Source of the DNA: Vicugna vicugna
Lineage: Eukaryota
Length of the DNA stretch: 64,000 nt
Assembly: GCA_013265495.1 (NCBI GenBank)
Contig: MU062317.1
Span: 558,001 to 622,000 of the forward strand
Reading direction: 5' to 3'
The notes beneath the pieces are model-generated. The model saw only the letters and a program-made list of their open reading frames with translations. It was not told where the DNA came from and ran no database searches. Shown one piece after another: positions 23,921-35,820 of this stretch. A program made the translations under genes and the position numbers. Numbering within the stretch: position 1 is the first letter of the stretch; each line of letters begins with the position of its first letter.

Positions 23921-25641
23921 AAGTGGGAGCCTCTCTGCTGTCAGGCTGAGACCCGGGTCCTGGAGGTCCCTGAGGTCCAGGAGGGGGACCCGGCAGGCGA
24001 GGGGTCAGGCCCCTGGGCCCCTGGGGAGAAGCTGGCAACCACGGATGGTCGGAAGGGAGAGGGCGGCACAACCCAGCCCCAGCCCAGATGCACCCTTTCC
24101 CAGCCTCAATTTCCTCACCTGTGAAATGGGAATCTAACAGGTGAGCTGTTTCCACTCTGACAGTCTCCTGAGCAGGAGGCCCAGGTCGGGCAGTCAGATT
24201 CCTGGGATCCAGTCTGAGGGGTTCCTCAGAGGCATGGATGTGATGGGGGCTCGCTGCCCGCCAGACCCCACCCACCCCGGCTGCCGACTGACGAGCAGGT
24301 GTCTTCTCCTGGTCCCATGAGGGCTAGCGGGTCCTGGGTGGGCGCAGCATCTGAAATGGACGCTGGCAGAGGACGCGGGGACCCTCCCTCCTCCTCCCCC
24401 ACGCCCTTCACCCTGGCTCGTTCACGCGACCACAGCCCCACAGCCCCCACGCCTCGCCAGGTGTCTCAGACGGGTCGGGGGGCAGGGGCTCCAACTCCTG
24501 GAAGGGGGGCTTTGGGGAGAGGGTGCTCCAGCCTGGGGGCAGCCCCCCAGCCTCCAGAGTTCCCGGCTTTGCTTCCCTCCTGCGCCCCTGCATCAGCCTG
24601 CAGCCGGCGCCCTGAGACAGTCATGCTGGGCGGTGGGGAGGCCAGCGGCCAGCACAGCCACCATCTGGGAGCCACGAGCCACCAAAGCCAGGTGCCCCAG
24701 CAGGACCCGCTGCTTCCCTCACACACGTAGCAAAGGTCCCTCAACAAGCCCCCACCTGAGGGAGCCCTGGGCAGCAAGCCTTGTGGGCAGGACGAAGCAG
24801 CCCAGGGGTCCTGCAGAGGCCGTCCCAAGGAGGTGACCACAGCGGGGGCTGGGGCCAGCAGGTGTCGATGGGCCTCCCTGGGGCCAGGGTCCTTACGCAC
24901 CTTCCACGTGTCTCACCCTCCACCCACCTCCTGGGGCACCAGGGCCAGGAAACAGGTGGCCAGCTAGAGAGGCAGGAACACACCCCCACCCAGGTGGGCA
25001 CCACGGCCCTGCCTCCTGGATTGCTCAGCGTGGCAGGACCTGAGACGCTGCAGGACCGGCGGGAGGCAGGGCCTCAGTTGCCCCCATATCCTCCATCCAG
25101 TTTCCCTTCTCTTGAAACAGCAGCTCAGTCTCCCTTCAGGGCCTCTTCCACATAAGTCAGTACCACGCCACTCACACCACCCCACTTCATCCTGACCCCG
25201 TGTCAGGAGACCCAGGCCACCAGAGGCACAGCAATGGCTCAGCAATGGGCATATGACACACGCAGACCAGTGAGAGGCAGGCATGCTGGACTATGGGCAA
25301 AGAGGGGTCCCCAAAGGGAGGGCGATGCTGGTGCAGCCTGGTACCCTGCACCGCGAGAGGAGATGCTGCCGAAGAACAAAGCCACCACAGGGAAAGCCGG
25401 GCAAGAGACAGAGAGAGGCAGCTGTTTGAACACCTGGACCCAGCCATGCCTGAAAGCCTTTCTACACCTGGACTGACAAGCTGATACATTTTCCACTTTG
25501 CAATCTGAAATGTGCTGACAAATCCACAGAGGAAGCTGTACACCTGAGAGCCTATTTCCTGGTTCTGCAGGCTCCCAAGACAGGACAGTCCACGTTGACT
25601 GCCCCAACCCCAAGTCCTCCACAGAGGGCAGCCCCACTCAC

Positions 25642-25762
25642 CATGACAGACGAGGTCATGCCCTGCAGGTGGAAGACGTCCATGCTGGCCTCTGCACTGC
25701 CCGCCACCTCTGCATTCCCTCGGCCAGACTGGGGAAGGTCAAAGTAGGTGCTGTCCGGCTCC
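25642..25762 (-). CDS. TP73: TP73 exon 3 (121 nt; EPDSTYFDLPQ...DVFHLQGMTSSVM), TA domain
   Basis: Acceptor ctgtccag (AG at 25763-25764), donor gtgagt (GT at 25640-25641); phases fit exon 2 (2) and exon 4 (0). Confidence 0.97.
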
Positions 25763-26138
25763 CTGGACAGAGAGGGAAACAGAGGGGGAGCAAAGCTGTC
25801 CGCCCAGCCCGGCCAGCCTGCAGGTCCTCCCATGGGGCCTCCCTCTCACGCCTGCAAGGGTTCCTTCAGCCTCTTGTGTCCTTTGCTGCCTCCCTGACCC
25901 TCAGCTCCTGCAGCCCCCACCTCCTCCCTCCTTCTCCAGCCTCTCCAGGGCCGGTGAGGGGGCCAGGAGGTGTGGCCACACACAGGCCCTGACCCCTCTC
26001 AGGACTGGTCAGGGGACAGAGCCCAGACTTTGGGCCCTGCATCCCCAGGAGAAGCTGCGTCCCGAGGCAGCAGCGCCCCGGCCCCCCCTCGGGCCCAGCC
26101 CTGCCCCGGCCCAGCCTGGGGGTGGCGGGAGCACTCAC

Positions 26139-26206
26139 AGGGAACTCCAGAGGTGCTGGAACGTGGCGCCCTCGTCGGCAGCGGCGGACTGGGTGGACTG
26201 GGACAT
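26139..26206 (-). CDS. TP73: TP73 exon 2 coding part (TAp73 start MSQSTQSAAADEGATFQHLWSSL)
   Basis: ATG at 26204-26206 (gagaagATG), FxxLW transactivation/MDM2 motif, donor gtgagt at 26133-26138; exon acceptor tcctggcag puts the exon start at 26224. Confidence 0.96.
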
Positions 26207-26779
26207 CTTCTCACACAGCTCGCTCTGCCAGGAGGAAAGCACAGTGAGGGTTCGTACGGCGTCCTCGGGGCTCCTGGGACAGCGTTCTGGGGATGCAGGC
26301 GGCGGGCGGGGCCGACGAGGACACCCTGGGGCGCGCCCTCATACACCTTCCTTCCCTCCTGCCCCGTCCCGGGTGGGAACCCGAGGCCTGGGGGTGGCGT
26401 CAGACCCAGCTGGGGGCCTGGGCGGCAGGGGCTTCTCAGAACCACCCCCGTGAAGTGGGGGTGACAACAGCGCCCCCACATGGGGCTGCTTCAGGGCTCG
26501 CTGGGAGCACGGATTTAAAGTCTCTGCTGTGCCTGGATTATAACACTCGGACACGGGGGGTCGTTATTGTCATGATCTGGGTCTCTAGGTTTGGCCGGGG
26601 GGGGCTTGAGCCAGGTTTGGGGGCTCCCAATGCCCCCGCATCCCAGGATGCCCCCCTCCCCCGTTCTGCGGGAAGAATGTGTGTCAGGACCCGTGTGAGC
26701 CTGGCCGGGCCCGACTGCTGCGGCGTTGGGTGTCCTTCGGGATCATCGCCTGCAGCCTGAATGCAAAAGCAATGCCAAG

Positions 26780-26817
26780 CCCACGGGGCAGCCACCAACC
26801 CACGGGGCAGCCACCAA
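26780..26817. repeat. Perfect 19-bp tandem duplication (cccacggggcagccaccaa x2)
   Basis: Direct reading. Confidence 0.9.
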
Positions 26818-27989
26818 GCCAAGGCCGAGAACCTGCTCTGTCCCAGGAGCAGGGGTCACGGCACTCGTGTTCAGGAAGTGTCCCGATCTGCTGGCCTTTG
26901 TCCCCACTGCTGTCCCTTCTGAGAACCTCCAAGCCCAGGTCCCACCCGACGCAGCCCCCGCCACCCAGGAGGAGGTGATCGTGACCATATTGGGCACAGC
27001 TGGGACCCTTGGTCCTACAGTGGGGGGAGGGGCAGGGAAACCAGAGCCCACCCTGCCCACTGCCCCCACCCAGGCCGAGGCGTCACCTCCCCTGGGCCGG
27101 CCTCCAGGTCCTTGGCAAGGGGCCTGCGGGAATCAGCTCGGCCACCGCCTGGCAGTGCCCAAGCGGGCAGGCCCGGACCTGCCCATGGCCGTCGGGGGAG
27201 GGAGGGTGTGGCTGCAATCTGTCGCTTTGTCTGTCCCCAGGCGGTGGGCACTGATAGAGGCCTGTGGCGTGCTCCCAGGGCTGCCACGTGCCAGGCCACC
27301 ATCTCTGGAGCATGGCAGGGGCTGGGAGGGCTGGGCGGGGGAGGCTAAGGTGGGGCCAAGTGAGGATGGCCAAGACAAGTAGCTTAGGAAGTGCTGGCCA
27401 CAGACCGACTCTCCTGCAGGCTCGGAGACTTTCCCACCTACTTTCAAGAGACCAGAGCTCAGAGAGGTTATGCGACCTGCTGAGGTCACATAGCGCAGCT
27501 GTAAATGCAGGGACGACCAAGTGGTTTTCTCAGAGTTGGGAATTAACTTTCCCATGCCTCCTCCCCTCTCCACCTCCAACCTTCAGCACACAACCCACAG
27601 GGTTTTAATAAGGGGCTAGCCAATGCTCACTTGCATGCCTCCTGTGCTGGGGAGGTCACTCCCATCCTGGGCTGAGCTGTCCAAAACCCAGTGGAGCTGA
27701 GGGTCAGGGGTGGAGCTGGCCACCTGGTAATGCAGAACAGGCTGGACTTGGTAGGAAGTGGAACATCCCACCCAAAGCTGGGCAGAAGCCCACCCTCACC
27801 CCTTCCCGAAGCTGGTCCTTGCTGGGTGAGCAGAGATTAGTCAGGCCAGCCTCTTGGGGTGGGCAGGGTGTGCCAACACGGGGTTCAACTGGCCTGGGCC
27901 AGTCCCACCTCTTTCACTTTGCCAGTGGACCACCTAAGCCCAGAGATGGACAACGACCTAACTAATGTCACACAGCAAGGGGACAGCAG

Positions 27990-28415
27990 GATCTTGTGAG
28001 GGCAGCACCGGTCACAAGAAAGGTGGAAGCAGCCCGAATGTACATCGACGGTCAGACACATAGACCAATCCCCGCAGGTCCACACAACGGAGTATTGCTC
28101 CGCCGTAAAAAGGCACCATCACTCACACAGGCGACACCACTGTGAGCCTCACAACATCCTGCTGCGCGGAAGAAGCCACAAGCCACACAAGTCCACTGAA
28201 GAAACGCGCAGAGCAGGGGACGCCACAGAGACGGGGGGAGGTGGGTGTAGACTGGCGCCCGAGGCACTGGGGCGGGGATGGGGTGTGACAGCTGGAACTA
28301 GCCCAAGGTGATGGTTGCACACCGCCAAGTGTGCTAAATGCCCCTGAACCGTTCACTTGCAAGGGGTGAGTTTTCTGTTGTGTGAATTTCACCTCAATAA
28401 AACATTTTTAATTTA
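27990..28415 (+). mobile_element. Old L1M (L1MB-like) 3' end
   Basis: ggagtattgctccgccgtaaaaagg...ggtgatggttgcacacc...gaatttcacctcaataaaa. Confidence 0.7.
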
Positions 28416-31400
28416 AGAGAAGGAGCCTGGCGTAGCTCACAGGGAGAATCAGAGCTGCACAGTGCATCCTGGGTGCGTTACCCTGCCAGCTCCAAGGCAG
28501 TGAAAGAGTTTCTCTCCCAAAGCCCTGTCCAAGTTCTCAGCAGCATCTGGGGAGGCAAGTCAGCACCGAGAATCTCCCCATCAGGATGAGGAAGAGAGGC
28601 CCCTCCCCCGGCTCCCACACCCACGTCCCTGCACCTCCCTCCCATCAGAGCAGCCGGGGGAGGGGAGGGGACAGGGAGCCCCAACTCCGGGGCACAACAA
28701 GCATCTCTCCCTTTCACCCCACGCTCCTCACCCAGCTCAACCCCCTACTAGAAGGCAGAGGTGGCCCAGGGTCTCCAAAGTCCATTGCACTCAGCAGATC
28801 CTGAAGCTCCTGCCCTCAGGTACATCCCCCAAACCCAGGACTCCATGTCCACTCTTAGCCAGCACGCTGGGGGACTCACAGTGACTCTGGGACAGGCCCC
28901 CAGGAGGAGAGCATCACACAGGCCCACCTCGCCCCTGTGGAGACCCCTTTGGCTATCCACCTGAGCACGGCCACCAGCCTCCACAGGTGACTGCCACACG
29001 GGATCTCCATCGGAAAACACGTCCAGAAACCTTCCTTGCCTTACTCAGAGAACTGGGGGAATTGACCCAGGAAGCCACGTGGCGCCCAGATGCCCAGCCT
29101 GCCTGGAAGACTCCGAAGAACTGACTGCACTGGAGTGTGCGTGGGGGCGCCGCAGACCCGGCCCCTGCAGGCATCGGGGGCCACCTGCCGCCAGGCAGGA
29201 GCGCGAGGAAGAGGCAACACTGACGCTCCCCGTCGGGAGCCCCAGGGCTCCGTGGGCCCAGCCCCGGCCAGGGGCGGACACCGTGTGCTCCCTTCACCTG
29301 ACAGCAGCACTTCGGCCAAGGTGGCCCAGGTCCACCGAGGTGAGAAAACGGAAGCAACTCTAAACGACTTCCTGTTAATCAAATCCAGTTTCCCCACGAC
29401 ACGCCCTTCAAACGCGGGAACGTGCAAACGTTGCAAACCATTAAAAAAACACACGTGCATGGGGGAGAGAGACCCCTCCTCTGGTGGCCGTGATGACGTC
29501 ATAAAGCACAAACGCCTGGCGGGCCGCTTTGCTTCCCCACAGAGCTGGGTCGCCATGAGACAGTCCCGTCCACATGAGGGCGGGTCCCCAGGGAGGACGT
29601 GGGCGCGGGAAGACGGGGCTCGGCGTCGGTGGGGGCTGGACTCTTAAGGAATCACCGAGCACCTGGTCCCCACCCCAAGCCCCGGAACTGCCAGGTCAGA
29701 GGCAGCCTGAGGAGCGGGGCGTGCTCGGCACCTCCCACCTGCCGCAGCACCCCACGGGCTGGGGCCGCCGAAACGGCTTCGCCTCAGAGAATTTCCAGCA
29801 AATGTTTGTGACTCCGTGGGGGGGCGGCGTGGAGGGCTGTGTGGCTTGAGTGGAGACTCAGCCCCATGCCCCACTGACTACTCGGGGTGACTCAGGGCTT
29901 CTCTCGGGTCTCTGAGAGCCACCTGAGCGAGGCCATGCTACCCAGCATCCTGCAGTGCACATCAGCCCCCACGGGGAGAAGGTTCTAGAACACAGCCAGT
30001 GCCGCAGGGAGAAGGGGGCCAGCTGCTGCCAGGGCCCCCAGGCTGTCATACTGACCCGTCAAGCAGTGACAACCACCCTGGGGCAGGGATGAGCAGGCGC
30101 TCAGAGGCCCAGGAAGCTTGTCCTGAGCTACCAAGGGACCTGGCTGGGACTCGAGCCACAGCCAGGCCAGCTGAAGGCCCCACCCCGTCCTGCGCAGGCT
30201 GGTGGGGGCCGGAGGCCCCGAGGGGCTGCAGGCCTTCTTTCCCAGAGCTCGGCTAAAGCCCCTGACCTTGCCTCCCACAGGTCCCAGCAAGAGCCCCCAC
30301 CTCCCCTGCACCCCCGTCCTCTTCGCACATGTCCCCTCCCTGCCACCTGCCCTGTTCCCATGCACCCCAACGGGGGCTGCCTCCAGACTCAACTTGGGTC
30401 CACCGTCCACCCCCCATCCCACCCTCATCCTGCCAAGCCAGGCCAGGCTCTGCCTCCTCCAGGAAACCGCTGTCCTCCCTGACTGCGGATCAGGCCGCCC
30501 CTCAGCACCGGGCAGGTGGCAGAGCACAGAGAGCCGGCAGCTGTGTGGCCCCTCGGACAGCCTCATCGGCCCGGAGGGTATCGATGCCGCCTGCTTCCCC
30601 GTTTCCTCCATCTACCCCTGCCCAGGGGTCTGAAATCACCTCTTGTAAACTGAGGCCCCTGTGACTCCCCCATCCACGGAGACGGCCCCAGCCCACCTGC
30701 ATGAGCCCTGATGGAGAGCATGGACGTCTGGCCTGAGCGTGGGGGGGGACAGCTCCCGGCACACGCCCCTCCCCCACGGCCATCTGGACACCGACTCTGG
30801 GGAGGGGCCACGGCTCCACAGTTCAGCGAGGAGAGGCCCCAAGAGCCCCACCCCAAGAAACTCCGTCTCGGTTGTCCTCTGTCCCATGCGGGTTATTCCA
30901 GTGTCTCCTCCCCTGGTTACTCCAGTAAACGAAGACAGACTGAAATCTGAGGGGCACATAAAACTTCACCATCGTAGGAGGGACCCTGACAGCCTTCCTG
31001 GACCCCTTCTGATCACCCTGTGGCCTCGTCTCGAGGGGACTGCAGAACGTCCCGGTGCCCAGAGGTCCCCCTACCTGGGTGGAGGGGTCAGGCGGCCCGG
31101 CTGTGAAATGGCGCTGTCCCCCGGCAGTGGCCCAGCCTAATTCCAGCAGGACACTCGGTGCCCAGCCTCCTAGGCCCTCAGAGCTGAGGGGCCTCTGTGG
31201 CCCCAGCCACCCACTAGAAGGGGCTGCCCTCAGCCCGGAGGAGGGGCCAGGCCAGGGCAGGGGTCAAGCCTAGAATGACAGTCAGGAGTGCATCCGCTTC
31301 AGGGAGCAAGGGCAGCGGCCATCTTTGCGGCCCCTCCTGCCTGCGCCCGGCCACGTGGCCGCAGGAGCCTGGGCAGCCTCTGTCCCCGCTGCCGAGTGGG

Positions 31401-34400
31401 GGGTGGGGTGGGGCCAGGATAGGACCCTCGGCCAGGGCCGGCTAGGGCTGCACCGGGACCATCTGTGGAAAGACTGGGCCTGCAGGGCCTGGAGGCAGGC
31501 ATGGCTGAGGCCTCAGTCACCCTGGGGTGGGGTCCCTGCTGCCCCTCTGCCCACGCAGGGAGACTAGCACTGATGATGAGAGACAAATTTAGCCTCCCCA
31601 CCCTGGGGCAGGGTGCACTTGTGAAACACGAAAACAGCTGGAGGTGCCCGATTAAGCTGCCCTCTGTCCCTCCTGGGCCGGGGCCCACGGGAAGGCGGGG
31701 GAGGCGGGCTCTGGGAGCGGCCCCAGGAATCCCCCCATCCCTGCGGCCTCGCACCCCACCAGCCTCTTACCCGGCCGCCAGCCTCGGTAACCCACAATCA
31801 GCCTCCTCCTGCAGCCCGGCCCGGGGAAGGAACGGCTCCCCTCCGGCACCTGGGCCCCGTCCGGAGCACAGCGGGGTTGCCCGGCAGTTTCTGTTTGAAT
31901 CTAACGGTTGGCTTAGCACCCACGTGAGGCAGGGAGCTGGGTGGTGGCTCTCTGACCACGTGGGCTTCACGCCCTTCTGGAAGGAAATGGCTGACCAAAT
32001 CCTCCAGGGCGGCCAGGCTCCTGGTTGACCCAGACCTTTGCTAGGAGTGTGGGGGACCCACCAGCGCACGCCCCACCGCCCTGCCGGAGAGGGCTGCCAC
32101 CCACCAGCTCCCTGGTGGAGGAACATGTGCAGCCAGACGAAACACAGAAACACCAAAGCCTGGTGACATCACAGCGGGGCGGCGCACAGGGCCTCTGGCT
32201 GTGCCGACCACAGAAACATGCACACAGAGGTCAGGTCACATGCCCGGGGACACGGCCGTCGGAGCGGGGAGCCCGGCCCGGCCGGCGGGCACCCGTGCCC
32301 TTGCTCCTGACCCTGCCCTCTGCTTGACCCCTCCTCCAGGAGGTGAGCCCCAAGGGCCACAGCCCCTCCCCAGCCTGCGTTCCCACCCACACAGCCCCAC
32401 CCGCATTCTGCTGGGAAGTCCCTGGTCCACCGTCTTTCTTCACCTGCACATAGAGGCCCCACCCACATCCGGGGCCCACCCTGCCCTCTGCTGACCTGCC
32501 CATGGCGCCCCCCCAGTCCCAGCCTCCGCTCCCTACGTGTGCAGGTCCCACCAGGACACACGGCTCCTGTCCCTTGGTTTTCTGCTCTGCAGCCGGGCAC
32601 TGCCTGGCACACTCCCCGCTGGGGGCAACATAATTGATTCCTGCTTGGACTTCAAAGTCTGGACCCTAGGAGCAGAGGCCAAGTGGAGGAGAAGCCTCAG
32701 CCCTCCGTCCCTGCCCAGCGTGGAGAAAGCGGGGCGTCAGGTGAGTTTGTAGGTGGGGGGAGGGGGCAGTCAGAGGCACAAGAGGTCTGATGGGGGGTAA
32801 ACTTTCTCTAAGAAGGGAGCAGGGTAGGGGGTGACACTGATGGGGGGTCCTAGGTGTAAGGAGGGGGCAGTGCAGGGACAGGTCAAGGCTGGCTGGCATG
32901 GCAGCCCTCAGCTTGGAGATGTGATGCGCCCTGAGCCCACCTGTGCCACCTGGTGGGATGGGGCTTCCACGACAGCACCCAGACAGGGGGCCAGGCTGGG
33001 GAGTGGGAGCAGACTTGAGGGAGGTTCAGGCCAGCATGGGGGTAGGATCGGGCCCCCGGAGGAGGGGCAGCTGCAGAGCTGGGAGACTCAGGAGGCTGGT
33101 GATGGAGAAGCTTGGGGGCAGAGCAGCTGTGTGAGCCTTCAGCCCTGACTCGTTCCACTTGACAGCCGAGCATGGCAGGGAGTGGACAGTTGCTGGGCGC
33201 ATCCTGGACCCCTCCGTCTCACTGCCTACCTCCAACCCCGCCTCCACAGGGATCTGGAATCCGGTGCTCCCAGCCACGGGGCCACCCCAGTGCCCGAGTC
33301 CCTCGACTCCCTCCTGCACCCTGTTCCTGGTAAGTACAGCCGCCTCTCAGCGGCTCTCCCTGCTTCTGCCTCATCTGACCCTGGACCCTCCAGTGTCTGA
33401 CGAACAAGCTTTCCTGGCCCGTGAAGCCCCAGGACCCACCCACCCTAACCCCACCCCCACCACACCTCCACCTCCTCACCTGCTTGTGCACTGGCCCTTC
33501 TGCCGAGGGAGCACCAGGCTGGTTTGGCCCCTGTGCCTGAAGCCAGCGGGCTGGCTCCAGCGCTGCCCGGTTTATAGCCGCACCCCCTTCCCTGATTCCC
33601 CAGCAGTGCACTGCCTTGTCACCTGCAGCATGTGTGGGATCAGCTCCCATCACCAGAGAAACCCATGGAAGCCCTCATCAGCCCTGGATGCTTCCTGTCG
33701 TCTCACTCCACGAGTCAGGGTCCCCAAGGCTGGGGTCACTGCTGTATCCCCCGGGCCAAGAGTCCCTGGCACAGTGCAGGTGGCAGTTGATACCCGTATG
33801 AGCAGGTGACTGGCACAGGTACAGGTATCCCTTAGGGGCAAACAGCCATCTTCGCTGGAGGAGCCTCTGCCTTGGGGAACCACCTGGCAGGGGACCACTG
33901 TGGAACCTCACTGGGCACCGGGGCTGCTAGCCTCACCCCAACAGGATGCCACCCTCTTGCCCACCAGGCTGCCAGGCACCCCCATCCTTTCCATCTGTCT
34001 CCTCCAACCCCTCCCTCCTGGGGTCACACCTCTACATGCCAGGGCGCCCTGCTCTGTCCTCCAGAACCTCTTCCCCCGACAAGAATCTGCTCCTGCAACC
34101 CTGCCACGCACGGCTGTTCCCAAAGCTTCATTCCCACCTGGCCGCCCCGCTCCAGACTCCTCCACCTTCCTTGAAGGGCACCCACTCAGCTGAGTGCCCC
34201 TCCTTTGCAGCCTCCTGACTTCTCCCCTCTGGGCTCTGCACTGTGAGCCCAGGATATGCTAATTTCCTGACTCTCTACCCATCCCCACTCAGCTCCCCAC
34301 CCTCGCCCCCCCGATGTCTGACTCATGAGTTACGTTCCAGTCCGGCTCTGAAGTCAGCTGACATCGGATGTGACTTCATCCATGTTGTCCTGACATTGGT

Positions 34401-35399
34401 CCATCCACCCCTTACTCATTCCAGAAACATCCATCAGTGTTCCTCAGAGCTGCCTTTCAAGAGCTGCCTCTGCCCCACCTGCCTCTTCCTGCCCCCACCT
34501 TCCCTCCCCAGCCCTGGGGTTCTCCTTCTGATAATGATGGCCGACACCTACCCTGTGCTCACTCGGAGTCAACCCAGCCTGGAACCTTCTCTTGATCCAG
34601 TCTTCAGAGTAGCCCAGGAGGGAGGCACGGCTGTGCCCCTACCTTCCCGGGGTTCTTACAGAAGCACAGAGGGAGCGGGCCGCTTGCCCAGGCCACACAG
34701 CCCAGAAGGGCCAAGGCTGGGTTTGAGCCTAAATCTGGTTAGCATCCAGCTAATCCCTTCCCATCAGGCACCCCGCCCTCCAGGGGGACTCCCTCTTGGG
34801 GGACAGACAAGAGAGCCAGGCTTTTCCCCTGCCAAGTGTCAAGGGTGCCCTGAAGGGGTGTGGACAGGACCAGGGTCAGCCCAAGGGTAAATGAAGGCCC
34901 ACAGTGAGTTGCCATTTTCGGGTCTTGCAAGCTAATGGAGAGGGTCCCATCCTCCTCCCTCCCAGAGGGGCACCGATGGCACGGAGCTCGGCCAAGGAGG
35001 ATCCTGCTGGCCCTTCGGGTCTGGGGAGGTGGGAAGAGCAAGGAGGGCTGCAGAGTGGACAGGGTGCCCAGAGGTCTCGGCCACAGGAAGGGCTCTGGAC
35101 CTGCCTCCATGGGCCTTGGGGGTTGAGGACAGGGTTCAGCTCCCAGAGGGATGCAGTGGGATTCTGGTGGGGAAGGTCATCCTGGGGGGCACATTGTGGG
35201 GTGGGCGAACCCAGAGGCTGGTGGTCAGTGGGGCAGTCTTGGCTGGGTCCAGGCGAGGTGGGGGCATAAACCAAGGGGACACAGGAAGGGACAGGAAGGG
35301 ATGAGGACACCTGTCCTGCCCCAGAACCCCTTCTAAGCTGACCCACATCCAGTTAATGTGCTTTTGAGTCCTTCAACCAGCTGCAGATTCAGGGGCCTC

Positions 35400-35515
35400 C
35401 CACCACGTACCAGCTGTGCGCACATTCAGGGCCTCTGTTTTCTCATCTGTAGAATTGGGGAAGTCACACCCACCATGCAGGGTTGACTTACGCAAAAGCA
35501 TCTAGCAGGATTCCC
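35400..35515 (-). mobile_element. MIR fragment
   Basis: gcctctgttttctcatctgtagaattgggg core. Confidence 0.6.
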
Positions 35516-35704
35516 TGGGCCGCTCAGGGGTGAAAATCAGCTCCTGTCTGACCACTGGGGCGGCTTGTAATCTGCCAGTGGTTGTGTCTCTGTCAAACAC
35601 TCACCCCTCCTTCGACTCAAACTCCAGAGGTGCTGCTTCCCGGCAGGAGTGTGCGGGGAGGAGAGCCAGCCCCTGCTCACCCCACTCCCGTCAGCACCAT
35701 CAAA

Positions 35705-35820
35705 GTGCACGCACACATGCACACGCATGCACACATGCACGCACGTCTGCATGCACACACACCTGCACGGTGAATACACACATATACTCACATGCATACG
35801 CACCTGCATACGCACACATT
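35705..35820. repeat. CA/CACG-rich low-complexity tract
   Basis: 42-nt perfect RY alternation at 35705-35746, degenerate afterwards. Confidence 0.8.
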
